Origin: an uncultured Planctomycetaceae bacterium
Lineage (GTDB): Bacteria > Planctomycetota > Planctomycetia > Isosphaerales > Isosphaeraceae
DNA length: 64,000 bases
Direction: 5' to 3'
NCBI GenBank assembly: GCA_963833985.1
Contig: CAWIAD010000002.1
Coordinates: forward strand, 4,096,001-4,160,000
Below, piece by piece: positions 43,831 to 52,471 of this stretch (the first letter of the stretch is position 1; each line of letters starts with the position of its first letter). The notes under the pieces were generated by a model. The model had not been told where the DNA came from. It saw nothing but the letters and a program-made list of their open reading frames with translations, and did no database searches. Made by a program: the position numbers and the translations under genes.

Positions 43831-44048
43831 AGCCAATCGACGCATATCATCGCTGGGTGGAATGGAGCGACGAAGACCAGGTATACATCGGCAAGTGTCC
43901 TGATCTCATTACCGGAATTCACGGCGACGATCCGGTCCAGGTGTACAGAGAGCTTGGCGAGGTCGTTCAAGAGGTCATCGATCACTTTCAACTGGCCGGG
44001 CGGGAACTTCCACTCGCACGAACCAGACCGATGATGGAAGTATCCTGA
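43827..44048 (+). CDS. hicB: Short HicB-family antitoxin (no DNA-binding domain)
   Basis: ATGA overlap with hicA; WSDEDQVYIGKCPDL..GIHGDDP...GRELP. Confidence 0.85.
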   Translation: MKPIDAYHRWVEWSDEDQVYIGKCPDLITGIHGDDPVQVYRELGEVVQEVIDHFQLAGRELPLARTRPMMEVS

Positions 44049-44176
44049 CTTTGACAGGAAAACGGTGTCAATGAAATCTGTGTCAGAACTACTCTCGAGC
44101 AATGTGTAAATAGAACTGGCATCGATTCCCCCGTTCTCCTGCAGCCTCCTCTCGGGAGTGTGAATGGGACATTCTT

Positions 44177-45656
44177 GAATGCCACAAAGTTAGTCAGAAG
44201 TGCTTCATTGGCAACTGTTTGCGGAGTTCGGATCTGGGCCTAGTCATCCGCATGTATTGTTTTGGTCGTCGCTTTACGACTCGGGGCTCGACGCGTCCAC
44301 GGCGCAATGGGTTGATGACGATCCGCGCGGGCTCAGAACCCCCTTCGGACCCGATCAGCCAGCGCACCGCGTCGATCAAGCCGATCCGATCCGGATCAAC
44401 GCCGCGCATGCGTGCCGACTCCAGCATGACCGATCTTACCAGGTTATACGCCAGGCTGAAAATCGCCAGCTCTTTGAGAACCCCTTCGACTGTCTCGCAA
44501 CGCAGAACATCCATCTTCATGCTAATCTTTATATGACGAAAATTGAGTTCGACTCTCCACCTCTTGTAGTAGAGTTCGGCCAGCTCTGTCGCCGGGTAGG
44601 TCGATGCGTCTAACAGAGTCGTGACCAGCGTGATTTCGCGCACCCGATACCCGGGTGTCTCGACCCGGTACCTCAGCTCGCGCACGGTGATCTCGGAGGG
44701 CAGCACCTCGAACTCATCCGCCGACATCCACTTCGGATGGGATTTCGATTTAAACCATGTGACAATCTGATCTGCGGTTCCCTGCGCCAACACCCACCGC
44801 GAACTCGGCAGACCCTGCGGCCTGGGGTACGGACCCTTCCTCCTGGCCATCGGACGACCCGGCGTGAAATCGACGATCTGCTGCTGGTGCACGCGGAAAA
44901 CCGCATGCAGACCGCGTTGCAGTAATATCGCCAGATGAGCATACGAGCAAAATCCGCGGTCACCGAGCACGATGTCTCCCGGCTCCAGGCCGTCGGAGAT
45001 CGGGCCAACCTGGGACATCTCGTGGGTCCGCAAAGGGGCCGTCCTCGAACGCAGAAGCATGCCGGTGGTGACGTCGAAGAGGGCCAGCCATTTCGCCACC
45101 GGGAAGCCACAGCCCTTGCGTTGACCGCTGGGTTGGCCGAAGTGACGTTGCAGTTCTGGTTGGTCCGGCATGGAGAAGCTGGAGCTGTCGACGACCCAGA
45201 TTCGGTGCCCGAGCCACCGCGCGCCATCCGAAGCAGTCCGCACGGCGGCAGCGGTCCGCTCCACGAGCCAGTCGAAGACGGCCAGCGGAAGCCGCTTTCG
45301 CGCCAGGCAGTAGGCGCTGTCGGTGAAGGTCCAAGCGCCGAAGTGCACCACGTGGCGACAAGCCGTGTTGCCATGAAGGACCTGGAGAAGGAACAGATAA
45401 ATGGTCGTCGCGGGGTCGAGAACGCGATTCCGCCAGCGGTGTTTCGCCTGGCGGCAGGCTTCTTCGATCGTCTCCCGGGACAATCCCGCGGCGATATCTT
45501 GGCGCAGTCGATCGAGAATAGGGATGATGCGAGGCGGCATGGGTGGGGCTCCCTCCAGCAACTGTGGGTCCTGGTACTTCCCACAGGATGCCCGGAGCCT
45601 CACCCATGGCGCAAGATCAAATGGCACAATTAGTTAAAATTAACTTCGCGGCATTC
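44177..45656 (-). mobile_element. IS4-family insertion sequence (1480 bp)
   Basis: TIRs GAATGCCACAAAGTTA and (reverse complement) GAATGCCGCGAAGTTA, 14/16 identical. Perfect 11-bp target duplication GGGACATTCTT at 44166-44176 and 45657-45667. Confidence 0.95.
44194..45540 (-). CDS. IS4-family transposase
   Basis: SAYCLARKRL, VVDSS, GDRGFCSY and the YREK-type motif LYYKRWRVELNFRHIK; intact ORF. Confidence 0.94.
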   Translation of the reverse strand: MPPRIIPILDRLRQDIAAGLSRETIEEACRQAKHRWRNRVLDPATTIYLFLLQVLHGNTACRHVVHFGAWTFTDSAYCLARKRLPLAVFDWLVERTAAAVRTASDGARWLGHRIWVVDSSSFSMPDQPELQRHFGQPSGQRKGCGFPVAKWLALFDVTTGMLLRSRTAPLRTHEMSQVGPISDGLEPGDIVLGDRGFCSYAHLAILLQRGLHAVFRVHQQQIVDFTPGRPMARRKGPYPRPQGLPSSRWVLAQGTADQIVTWFKSKSHPKWMSADEFEVLPSEITVRELRYRVETPGYRVREITLVTTLLDASTYPATELAELYYKRWRVELNFRHIKISMKMDVLRCETVEGVLKELAIFSLAYNLVRSVMLESARMRGVDPDRIGLIDAVRWLIGSEGGSEPARIVINPLRRGRVEPRVVKRRPKQYMRMTRPRSELRKQLPMKHF

Positions 45657-45776
45657 GGGACATTCTTATTGTTGGGCGTAGAATAGCTCCCCTGGGCAGA
45701 CTGTTAAATCGCAGTCGCGGATTGATGCATGCATCATTCGTTTAGTGAGTGTTTTGATCGGGCAGGGGGCTTCGCG

Positions 45777-46193
45777 TCACTCTCCGATGACGGTGATGAT
45801 GAGCCTGCGCCGGTGGGGATCAGTGCGGTGTTCCCAGAGAAAGATCCCCTGCCAGGTCCCCAGGTCGCAGCGGCCATCCTCAACCGGGATGGAGATCGAT
45901 GACTGGGTGAGGATGGACCGGACATGCGCCGGCATGTCGTCGGGACCCTCGAGGTCGTGAACGAAGCCCGGATCGCCATCCGGGACGACTCGGGCCATGA
46001 ACGTCTCCAGGTCTTGCCGCACGGTCGGATCTGCATTCTCGCAGACAATCAGTGATGCACTCGTGTGCTTCACGAAGACATTGCAAAGGCCGATCCGGAT
46101 GCCCGACCGGTGGACGAGCTGCTCAACCGACGGCGTGATCTCGTACGTGCCGCGGCCCCTGGTCTGGATCGTCAGACTCTCGCGGTGCACCAT
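45777..46193 (-). CDS. yjbQ: YjbQ/UPF0047 family protein (secondary thiamine-phosphate synthase)
   Basis: HTSASLIVCENADPTV..D, HDLEGPDDMPAHVRS and LGTWQGIFLWEHR. Confidence 0.93.
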   Translation of the reverse strand: MVHRESLTIQTRGRGTYEITPSVEQLVHRSGIRIGLCNVFVKHTSASLIVCENADPTVRQDLETFMARVVPDGDPGFVHDLEGPDDMPAHVRSILTQSSISIPVEDGRCDLGTWQGIFLWEHRTDPHRRRLIITVIGE

Positions 46194-46297
46194 CTGGCAT
46201 CTCCCTGAGTCGTACGGCCGTCATGAATATCCGGGTGAGGAGCAATGGCTGGATAGCAGCGAACGAACGTACATCAGGGTTATGGGACGGTACAAGC

Positions 46298-46942
46298 TCA
46301 CGCTTTGCCCGATACATGAGCCTGCTCGTCTGTGCTTGATCCGGACTCCGCGTGCGTTTGTCGCGGCGTGCTGGAGATCGTGGCAACCGTCAGTTGTGCG
46401 ATCACTTCATCCTCCTGTAGGATGAATGTGAAAGGTCCGAGGTTTACGATCTCCAGTACGACATTGCCACTCCACCCCGCGTGGATTGTTGGTGCGGTGA
46501 GGTGTACCAGGATCCCGGTCCTGGCTCGAGTACTCTTGCCGTCGATGAAACATATGTACTGAGCATTCTCCTTTGGTGTGCCGATCTTTTCCTTGGTCTG
46601 CCAAAGCAAGAAGCCACCCGGGCGTACAAGTACCTCGTCACCCCTCAGGCATACCAAGTCGGTTTGCTGGCTCTTCTTCAAGAGCGGTGGGGAGGTCAGG
46701 TATTCATCCGCGAATAACCCGAACTTGAAGCTGCCCAGTCGAAGTTCTGACTCTCCTAGCCCTTCCCTCTTGTTTCGATGGCTAATCGCCGCCATGTCCC
46801 ATATCTTCGCCTCGCTCACTTGATCCAAGCGGAGATCTATCGATGTTGGATCGACTTTGGGTGGACTGACTCCGTCTGGTGGCCGTATTATCAAAGACCC
46901 TTTATCCATGGCCCACTGGAGGTCACGATCAGATAGGTACAT
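46298..46942 (-). CDS. dcd: dCTP deaminase (trimeric dUTPase fold)
   Basis: MYLSDRDL, PTSIDLRL, DGKSTRARTG..VHLTAPTIHAGWSG..VLEIVNLG..IAQL. Confidence 0.88.
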   Translation of the reverse strand: MYLSDRDLQWAMDKGSLIIRPPDGVSPPKVDPTSIDLRLDQVSEAKIWDMAAISHRNKREGLGESELRLGSFKFGLFADEYLTSPPLLKKSQQTDLVCLRGDEVLVRPGGFLLWQTKEKIGTPKENAQYICFIDGKSTRARTGILVHLTAPTIHAGWSGNVVLEIVNLGPFTFILQEDEVIAQLTVATISSTPRQTHAESGSSTDEQAHVSGKA

Positions 46943-47255
46943 AATCCGTTTGCTTTGACTTGATGAAGCGGATCTGCTGGATAGAAACCTGGATGACTTC
47001 TCCGTCTGGCACAACAACATGAGCCAGTTGGCCACCATTTGCGAGCACTTGTCCCTCGACAAAGCCTTCGATAGAACCTCCTTTGGCTGGATCATCCGGA
47101 CCAAGAGGGGATCGGTCCTGGTGACGGCAATAATCGATCGGCGCAACTCCGACATATTCCGACTGATCTGCCAGGGTGAGCCGGAAGACACGCTCGCCCG
47201 AAAAGCCGCTTCGGGTCAAGTGGCATGGCAGCAGGACGGTCTGACTTTTCTCCAT
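46929..47255 (-). CDS. Hypothetical small beta-rich protein coupled to dcd
   Basis: GGAGG RBS 6 nt before the ATG; 3' end overlaps the dcd start; LPCHLTRSGFSGERVF...VVVPDGEVIQV. Confidence 0.7.
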   Translation of the reverse strand: MEKSQTVLLPCHLTRSGFSGERVFRLTLADQSEYVGVAPIDYCRHQDRSPLGPDDPAKGGSIEGFVEGQVLANGGQLAHVVVPDGEVIQVSIQQIRFIKSKQTDYVPI

Positions 47256-47822
47256 GATCATCCTCCGGCAGAGGTTCGCGATTGACCGGTTTGAACAATT
47301 GAACAGTAACAGGAGCCGGTGGCTGATTCAAGATCCTGCTGCGGCAACGCACCATTCCGTCTATCACGCAACCGCGTTCAAATGGGCCGCTATTCGGTAT
47401 CCGCGAAACCTGTATCGGTCAAGCCGAGGGCGCACGGTTCAGAGTTTCCCATATCACCCAGGGCTGCGAGACGGCGACGACCGCTTGGCCATTCTGGTCA
47501 TCACGAAGTCTAGAACGCAACAATCCTGCTCATTCCAAAGTCTCCGCCTTGCCGTCGCCTGCACGGGGGACTCAGTACCCACTTCCGCAAAAGCGATATC
47601 ATGCAAACCTTGGACCATCCAACGCGAGCACGACAATGGCCAGGCGAACATAACGATCATTATCAGACGCAATATCCAGGAACCGTTTCGCCACGGTCTT
47701 ATCGTCAAGTTCCCCGGTATCTGACGCGGTTTCTTCGAGGCTATCGGGCGCCGTTGGTCGGCCGGATTGACCCGCACGATCGCGCCAGTTTCTCACTCCG
47801 CCCCTCGACTATTGCCGGCTCT

Positions 47823-49910
47823 TCACTCGTGCAGGACGTTCTGGGCCGACGAGGACGGGATCACGATCAACCAGCCGTCGGAAGCTACGGCGACTACCAT
47901 TCCCCTTATTCTTCCCATCGCATCAATGACCGGCCCTCCGGTTAATACGGACACAGGTGGGGTGCCAACCTCGTAAGCATTCGGGAACCCGTCGTGATGG
48001 AACTCCTCGCCTTTCGGTGACGGCGGGATAGAGCCAGGGGCGCACGTCACCGAACCCGCGACCGTCTTCCCGCCAGCAGTCGGCAAGGCGAGGAGCAACC
48101 CGACTGGCGGGATGTCCTTCGACTCCCAACCCCTGATGACGGGGAGGTCGGCTGCCGCGATTCGGAGCATGGCTATGTCGTCTTTCCGCGAGATGCGGAC
48201 GACCTTCGCCGGCTCCGTGCGCCCGTCGGCCAAGCGGCATGATGGATCCTTAGAAAGGGCACTTGCCTTGGTCAGTATCCCACCATCGCGGGTTACGATC
48301 GTCCCGAGGGCCACCGGCTCGTCGCCGTTCAGGATCGTAACGAGCGACTTCCTGACTGACTCGGCACGGTGTCGGAGCTCAGCCTTTGCCTCCTCGAGTT
48401 CGGAGGGACCTCGCTCCTCCACGAACGCCCCGGGAGCCAATTCTCGCGAACTCGCGCTTACGAGTTCGATCCTCGCGTAGTAATCGCCATCAAACCGATT
48501 CCTCCCATGGACGATCCCCACCAGACGTCCGTCCGAGTCAAACAGGCCGCCTCCGGACTGCCCGCCGGTGACAGGAGGGTAGGTGTTGGCATGTAGAAGG
48601 TTGAGGCCCACAGGAGCTATCCGATTACTTGGCGCGATCGAGATTCCCAACCCGACCACGGGCGGACAACCGGCCGCAAGTTCACCAGGGTACCCCACGA
48701 CGAAACAAGGGGCACCCGGCGCGAGTCGGCGGGAGTCGCCCCGATCGACGTGCGGCCAATCCCCGGGCGACGTGATCTGCGCAAGGCCCACGTCGCTGAT
48801 CGGATTGGAGCCGATAACTCTCCCCGTCGTGTTCCTACCATCAGAGAGCGAGATGGAGAGTTTTACCCCGGGTTTCTTGAAGTGGTGGGCGCATGTGATA
48901 ATGAGTCCATCCTTGTCCACGAGAACGCCGCTCCACGCCTTGTCTCCTGGCCGCGTCGCCTCGCGCATCCGCACTGTCGCTGCTATGGCCCGATCCCGGG
49001 CGATTGGTGCGAGCGGCGCGTCGGGGCGGGAGGGCCGGATGGTCTCGGCTCGCTCCTCGGCAGGCCAGAGCCTTCGGAGGTCGGCGTCCTTGCCGTTGAC
49101 TAAGTCCCCCCAGAATGACTTGATCAGCCGGGCGTGGGCGTAGAACCTTTCTTCATTTTGCCCTCCGGGGTAGGCGAGGCCACCCACACCGATCAGCCCC
49201 CCATCGAGGTCGAACGCGACCTCTCCCAGCCATCCCGACGATGCGTCTCCCCCAGTCGTGCCTACCCACGACAGGGGAACGGTCGAAGTCATGGTCTCGA
49301 TCCGTGCGGCCGGAGTCGTGCTTACCCCGTGCCCGTCCAGCCGGAAACCGAGGGTCATCACGGCGTGGCCAGGCTTACTCGCGGCCGAGCTGTCCAAGGC
49401 GACATGGGGCCACGGGCCATCGCCATCGAGACGCAGCAACGCGACGCCCCATTCCCCCGACCGGCCCAGAATCCGGCCCGCCACCCGGCGATTATCGGAC
49501 AGCAGGACCTCGATAGAGTCTACCTTTCCCCCCGTGGCGCAAAGTAGCAGCCCATCGCACGTGACTATCACCCCGGTCTTGCGCCACCGAGGACGACGGT
49601 TCTTTCCGTCGCGACCCTCCACGAGAACGATGCTGGGTCTGACTCGCGCGTAAGCGGTGTCGACTCGCTGGGCGATCCGATCGGACTTACCAAGGTCAGC
49701 GGCTGCTCCAGGCAATATTGCCGTGCAGGCCGGTTCGACCCCGACACTTTGAGAGGCGGGTCCAAATGCGGCCAACACCAGCGCGAGCGAGATAATAGAT
49801 GTCACCAGCGGCTCCTGTTCGAGGCTGGAATCCCGCCACTCAGCGATCGAATCTTGCACGTCGACCGTGGACTGACGGGCACTGGACAAGCGCAGGGATA
49901 GCATGGCCAC
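47823..49910 (-). CDS. Secreted protein with three tandem trypsin-like (S1) domains
   Basis: Middle domain has ITCAHH, SDVGL and GGQSGGGLF; the flanking domains are degenerate. The real start is probably downstream (~49805, signal-like VTSIISLALVLAA). Confidence 0.8.
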   Translation of the reverse strand: MAMLSLRLSSARQSTVDVQDSIAEWRDSSLEQEPLVTSIISLALVLAAFGPASQSVGVEPACTAILPGAAADLGKSDRIAQRVDTAYARVRPSIVLVEGRDGKNRRPRWRKTGVIVTCDGLLLCATGGKVDSIEVLLSDNRRVAGRILGRSGEWGVALLRLDGDGPWPHVALDSSAASKPGHAVMTLGFRLDGHGVSTTPAARIETMTSTVPLSWVGTTGGDASSGWLGEVAFDLDGGLIGVGGLAYPGGQNEERFYAHARLIKSFWGDLVNGKDADLRRLWPAEERAETIRPSRPDAPLAPIARDRAIAATVRMREATRPGDKAWSGVLVDKDGLIITCAHHFKKPGVKLSISLSDGRNTTGRVIGSNPISDVGLAQITSPGDWPHVDRGDSRRLAPGAPCFVVGYPGELAAGCPPVVGLGISIAPSNRIAPVGLNLLHANTYPPVTGGQSGGGLFDSDGRLVGIVHGRNRFDGDYYARIELVSASSRELAPGAFVEERGPSELEEAKAELRHRAESVRKSLVTILNGDEPVALGTIVTRDGGILTKASALSKDPSCRLADGRTEPAKVVRISRKDDIAMLRIAAADLPVIRGWESKDIPPVGLLLALPTAGGKTVAGSVTCAPGSIPPSPKGEEFHHDGFPNAYEVGTPPVSVLTGGPVIDAMGRIRGMVVAVASDGWLIVIPSSSAQNVLHE

Positions 49911-50008
49911 TGATTTCGATCATGCCCGTTCGATCGCCGGATCGTCCAGCGAATTCGTGGATCATAACCTGTTAGGAAGCCGACCAGACACCCCACGTCG
50001 GCCGCCGG

Positions 50009-50176
50009 TCAGATTGAGATTCGCTCAACGATGTTTCGCGTGACCTTGCGGCGGCGGGGGTCGTAGATTCGGGTCGTCCGTGGGTCCGCTTGGCCCGCCA
50101 GGTATTGCACGGCCTCCAACGGGACGTTCTACTCCAGCAGGTCCGCCACCGGTGCTTCCCAGGATAACGAAGGTGA
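50009..50176 (-). pseudogene. C-terminal relic of a tyrosine recombinase/integrase
   Basis: Manual translation: SPSLSWEAPVADLLE*NVPLEAVQYLAGQADPRTTRIYDPRRRKVTRNIVERISI*. This matches the box II pattern (vQ.laGH.d..TT..Y) with H replaced by Q and an internal TAG at 50129-50131. Confidence 0.85.
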
Positions 50177-50208
50177 TGCGGGCTTCTGAGGTCGAACGCG
50201 TCCTGCGC

Positions 50209-51318
50209 CTATTCCATCCTCCGCCGGAACATCCAGGCGGCCGTCGTGAGCGTGGTGGCGGCGATGGCGAGCAGTGGACCCAGCCGCCTGAGGACTTCCG
50301 CGGCCGGCAGGTCTTTCAAAAAGAGCCCCTTGAGGATGGCGATGAAGTGCCGGACAGGGTTGGCGAGCGTCAACGTCTGCAACCACCCGGGCATGTTCTC
50401 GATGGGTGTGGCGAACCCCGAAAGCAGCATCGCCGGCACCATGAACATGAATGCATAGAGGATGGCCTGTTGCTGTGTCCTGGCCAGGCTCGACACCATC
50501 AGTCCGACCCCGATCAGCGCGGCCAGGTAGACGATCATGCTCAGGTAGAGCAACGAGATGGAGCCCCGGAACGGCACGCCGATCACGAACACGCCGACCA
50601 GGACCATACCACTGGCCTCGGCCACGCCGATGAGCAGCGCCGGAATGCTCTTGCCGATGAGGATCTCGGTGGGAGAGAGCGGCGAGACCAGGAGCTGGTC
50701 AAACGTGCCGAGTTCCCGCTCGCGGGCCACCGAGAGCCCCGTGATCATCAGCCCCAGCAGTGTCGACAGGATGGCGACCAGGGCGGGCACCGTGCTCCAT
50801 TTCGAGTCCAGGTTGGGGTTGAACCAGACCCTGGGCACGAGCGTGCTCGCGGCCGTCGGTCCACGACGTGTCGCCGCCAGTTCGGCCTCGTAACGGGCGA
50901 CGATGTCGCCGGCGTATCCCGCGACCAGTTGGGCCGCGTTCGAGCGCCGGCCATCCAGGATCAACTGCACGGGTGCCGGCTGGCCGGCGGCGATTCTCCG
51001 AGAGAAGTCGCTCCCCAGCCGGACCACCATGAGCGCGCGCAGGGAGTCGATCGCGGGCGCCACCTCCGCGTCAGACCGCAAGCGGACAACACGCGCGAAG
51101 TTCGGCGAGCCCTCGAGACGGGCGATCAGGTCCCTGCCGACGACACCGCCGTCCTCATTGAGCACCGCGATGGGTACGTCCCTCACCTCCTGCGTGGCCG
51201 CGAACGTGAACACCAGCATCTGGATGATGGGGGGCACAATCAGGATCGTCCGGCTCCTGGGGTCCCTCCAGACCGCCAGCAGCTCCTTGATGACCAGGAA
51301 GCGGATGCGCTGGAACAT
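50209..51318 (-). CDS. ABC-2 type permease (YbhR-like)
   Basis: KELLAVWRDP, DGRRSN, WFNPNL, ARERELGTFDQLLVSP and SGFATPIENMP. Confidence 0.9.
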   Translation of the reverse strand: MFQRIRFLVIKELLAVWRDPRSRTILIVPPIIQMLVFTFAATQEVRDVPIAVLNEDGGVVGRDLIARLEGSPNFARVVRLRSDAEVAPAIDSLRALMVVRLGSDFSRRIAAGQPAPVQLILDGRRSNAAQLVAGYAGDIVARYEAELAATRRGPTAASTLVPRVWFNPNLDSKWSTVPALVAILSTLLGLMITGLSVARERELGTFDQLLVSPLSPTEILIGKSIPALLIGVAEASGMVLVGVFVIGVPFRGSISLLYLSMIVYLAALIGVGLMVSSLARTQQQAILYAFMFMVPAMLLSGFATPIENMPGWLQTLTLANPVRHFIAILKGLFLKDLPAAEVLRRLGPLLAIAATTLTTAAWMFRRRME

Positions 51319-51319
51319 G

Positions 51320-52471
51320 TCAGCCCTCAAGCCTGCTCGGCGTGGACCGGACAAGCAGCGTGCTGAGGACGGCCGCGAAGCCACACAGGACCAGTCCGTT
51401 CGGTACCAGGACGGCGGGGACGTCTCCGGCCAGGAAGATCGTCTGCAACGAGGCGACGTAGTACCGGGGGGGAAGCACCCAGGTCAGCAGCCGGATCGGG
51501 GCCGGCATGCTGTCGATCTCGAAGATCAGGCCCGAGAGCTCGAAGGCCGGCAGGAAGCCGATGATGAGAGCCGCCTGGCAGGCCACGAACTGGTTTTTTG
51601 TGCGCGTCGAGATCAGCAGCCCGAGGGTAAGCATCGTCGCGAGATACGCGGTGGAGATCGCCGTCAGGGACCAGACGGAGCCCCGGAAGGGCACCCCGAA
51701 GAACCAGACCGAGGCGCCCGCCGAGACCAGCAGCGAGAGCATCCCCAGCGCGTAGTAGGGGACGATCTTGCCCGCCAGGATCTCCAGGCGGCCGGCGGGC
51801 GTTGCCAGCAACGCCTCCATCGTGCCCCGCTCCCACTCCCGGGCCACGACCAGGGCGGTTAGCAGCGTGCCAATGAGGGTCAGGTTGATGGCCACGGCCC
51901 CGGGCAGAAGCGAGTACCGGCTATCCAGGCTGGGGTTGAACCAGATCCGCGGCTCGGTGGTCAGCAAGGGCCGCGCAGCCGGGCGGTCGACCAGCCCCGC
52001 CTTGGACACCGCCTCCTGACGCAGCCAGTTCTGCCAGACCCCCTGCACATAGCCCAGCACCAGCCCGGCGGTGTTCGGGTCGCTGCCGTCCACGAGCACC
52101 TGGACGGGGCCCTGGTCGCCGCGTCCGATGCGCTCGGTGAAATCCGCACGGATCACGACAATCCCCGCGATCTTGCCGTCCACCAGGGCCTCCTCGACCT
52201 GGGCCGCATCGAGCGCTTCGCTGACCTGGAAGTAGCGGGAATTCCGGTACGCGTCGAGCAGGCTTGTGGCCTCCGGTGAGGGCCGCTCGACCACGACCGC
52301 CACGCGAACATGCTGAAGGTCGAGCGACACGCCGAAGGCGAAGATGAACAGCAAGAGCAGGGGCAGGACGCCGGCGATCAGGAACGCGCTGGGGTCGCGG
52401 AGGATCTGTAGCGACTCCTTGCGGATGAGTGCGGCGACCCTGCGGAGGCGACCGCCCGGTAAGGCCGTCAT
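51320..52471 (-). CDS. ABC-2 type permease (YbhS-like)
   Basis: KESLQILRDPS, DGSDPNTA and AREWERGTMEALL. Confidence 0.9.
   Translation of the reverse strand: MTALPGGRLRRVAALIRKESLQILRDPSAFLIAGVLPLLLLFIFAFGVSLDLQHVRVAVVVERPSPEATSLLDAYRNSRYFQVSEALDAAQVEEALVDGKIAGIVVIRADFTERIGRGDQGPVQVLVDGSDPNTAGLVLGYVQGVWQNWLRQEAVSKAGLVDRPAARPLLTTEPRIWFNPSLDSRYSLLPGAVAINLTLIGTLLTALVVAREWERGTMEALLATPAGRLEILAGKIVPYYALGMLSLLVSAGASVWFFGVPFRGSVWSLTAISTAYLATMLTLGLLISTRTKNQFVACQAALIIGFLPAFELSGLIFEIDSMPAPIRLLTWVLPPRYYVASLQTIFLAGDVPAVLVPNGLVLCGFAAVLSTLLVRSTPSRLEG

Noticed and set aside
47256..47822. Coding ORFs 47254-47724 (+), 47454-47777 (-), 47599-47796 (-)
   Set aside because: They overlap in conflicting frames with no RBS or recognisable motif. 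The region may be a decayed gene but cannot be called.
43410..50008. Integron cassette array
   Set aside because: Isolated GTTRRRY-like words occur (e.g. ~45670), but I found no paired R''/R' boxes with attC-like hairpins after the genes. The recombinase relic is too short to show an IntI-specific insertion.
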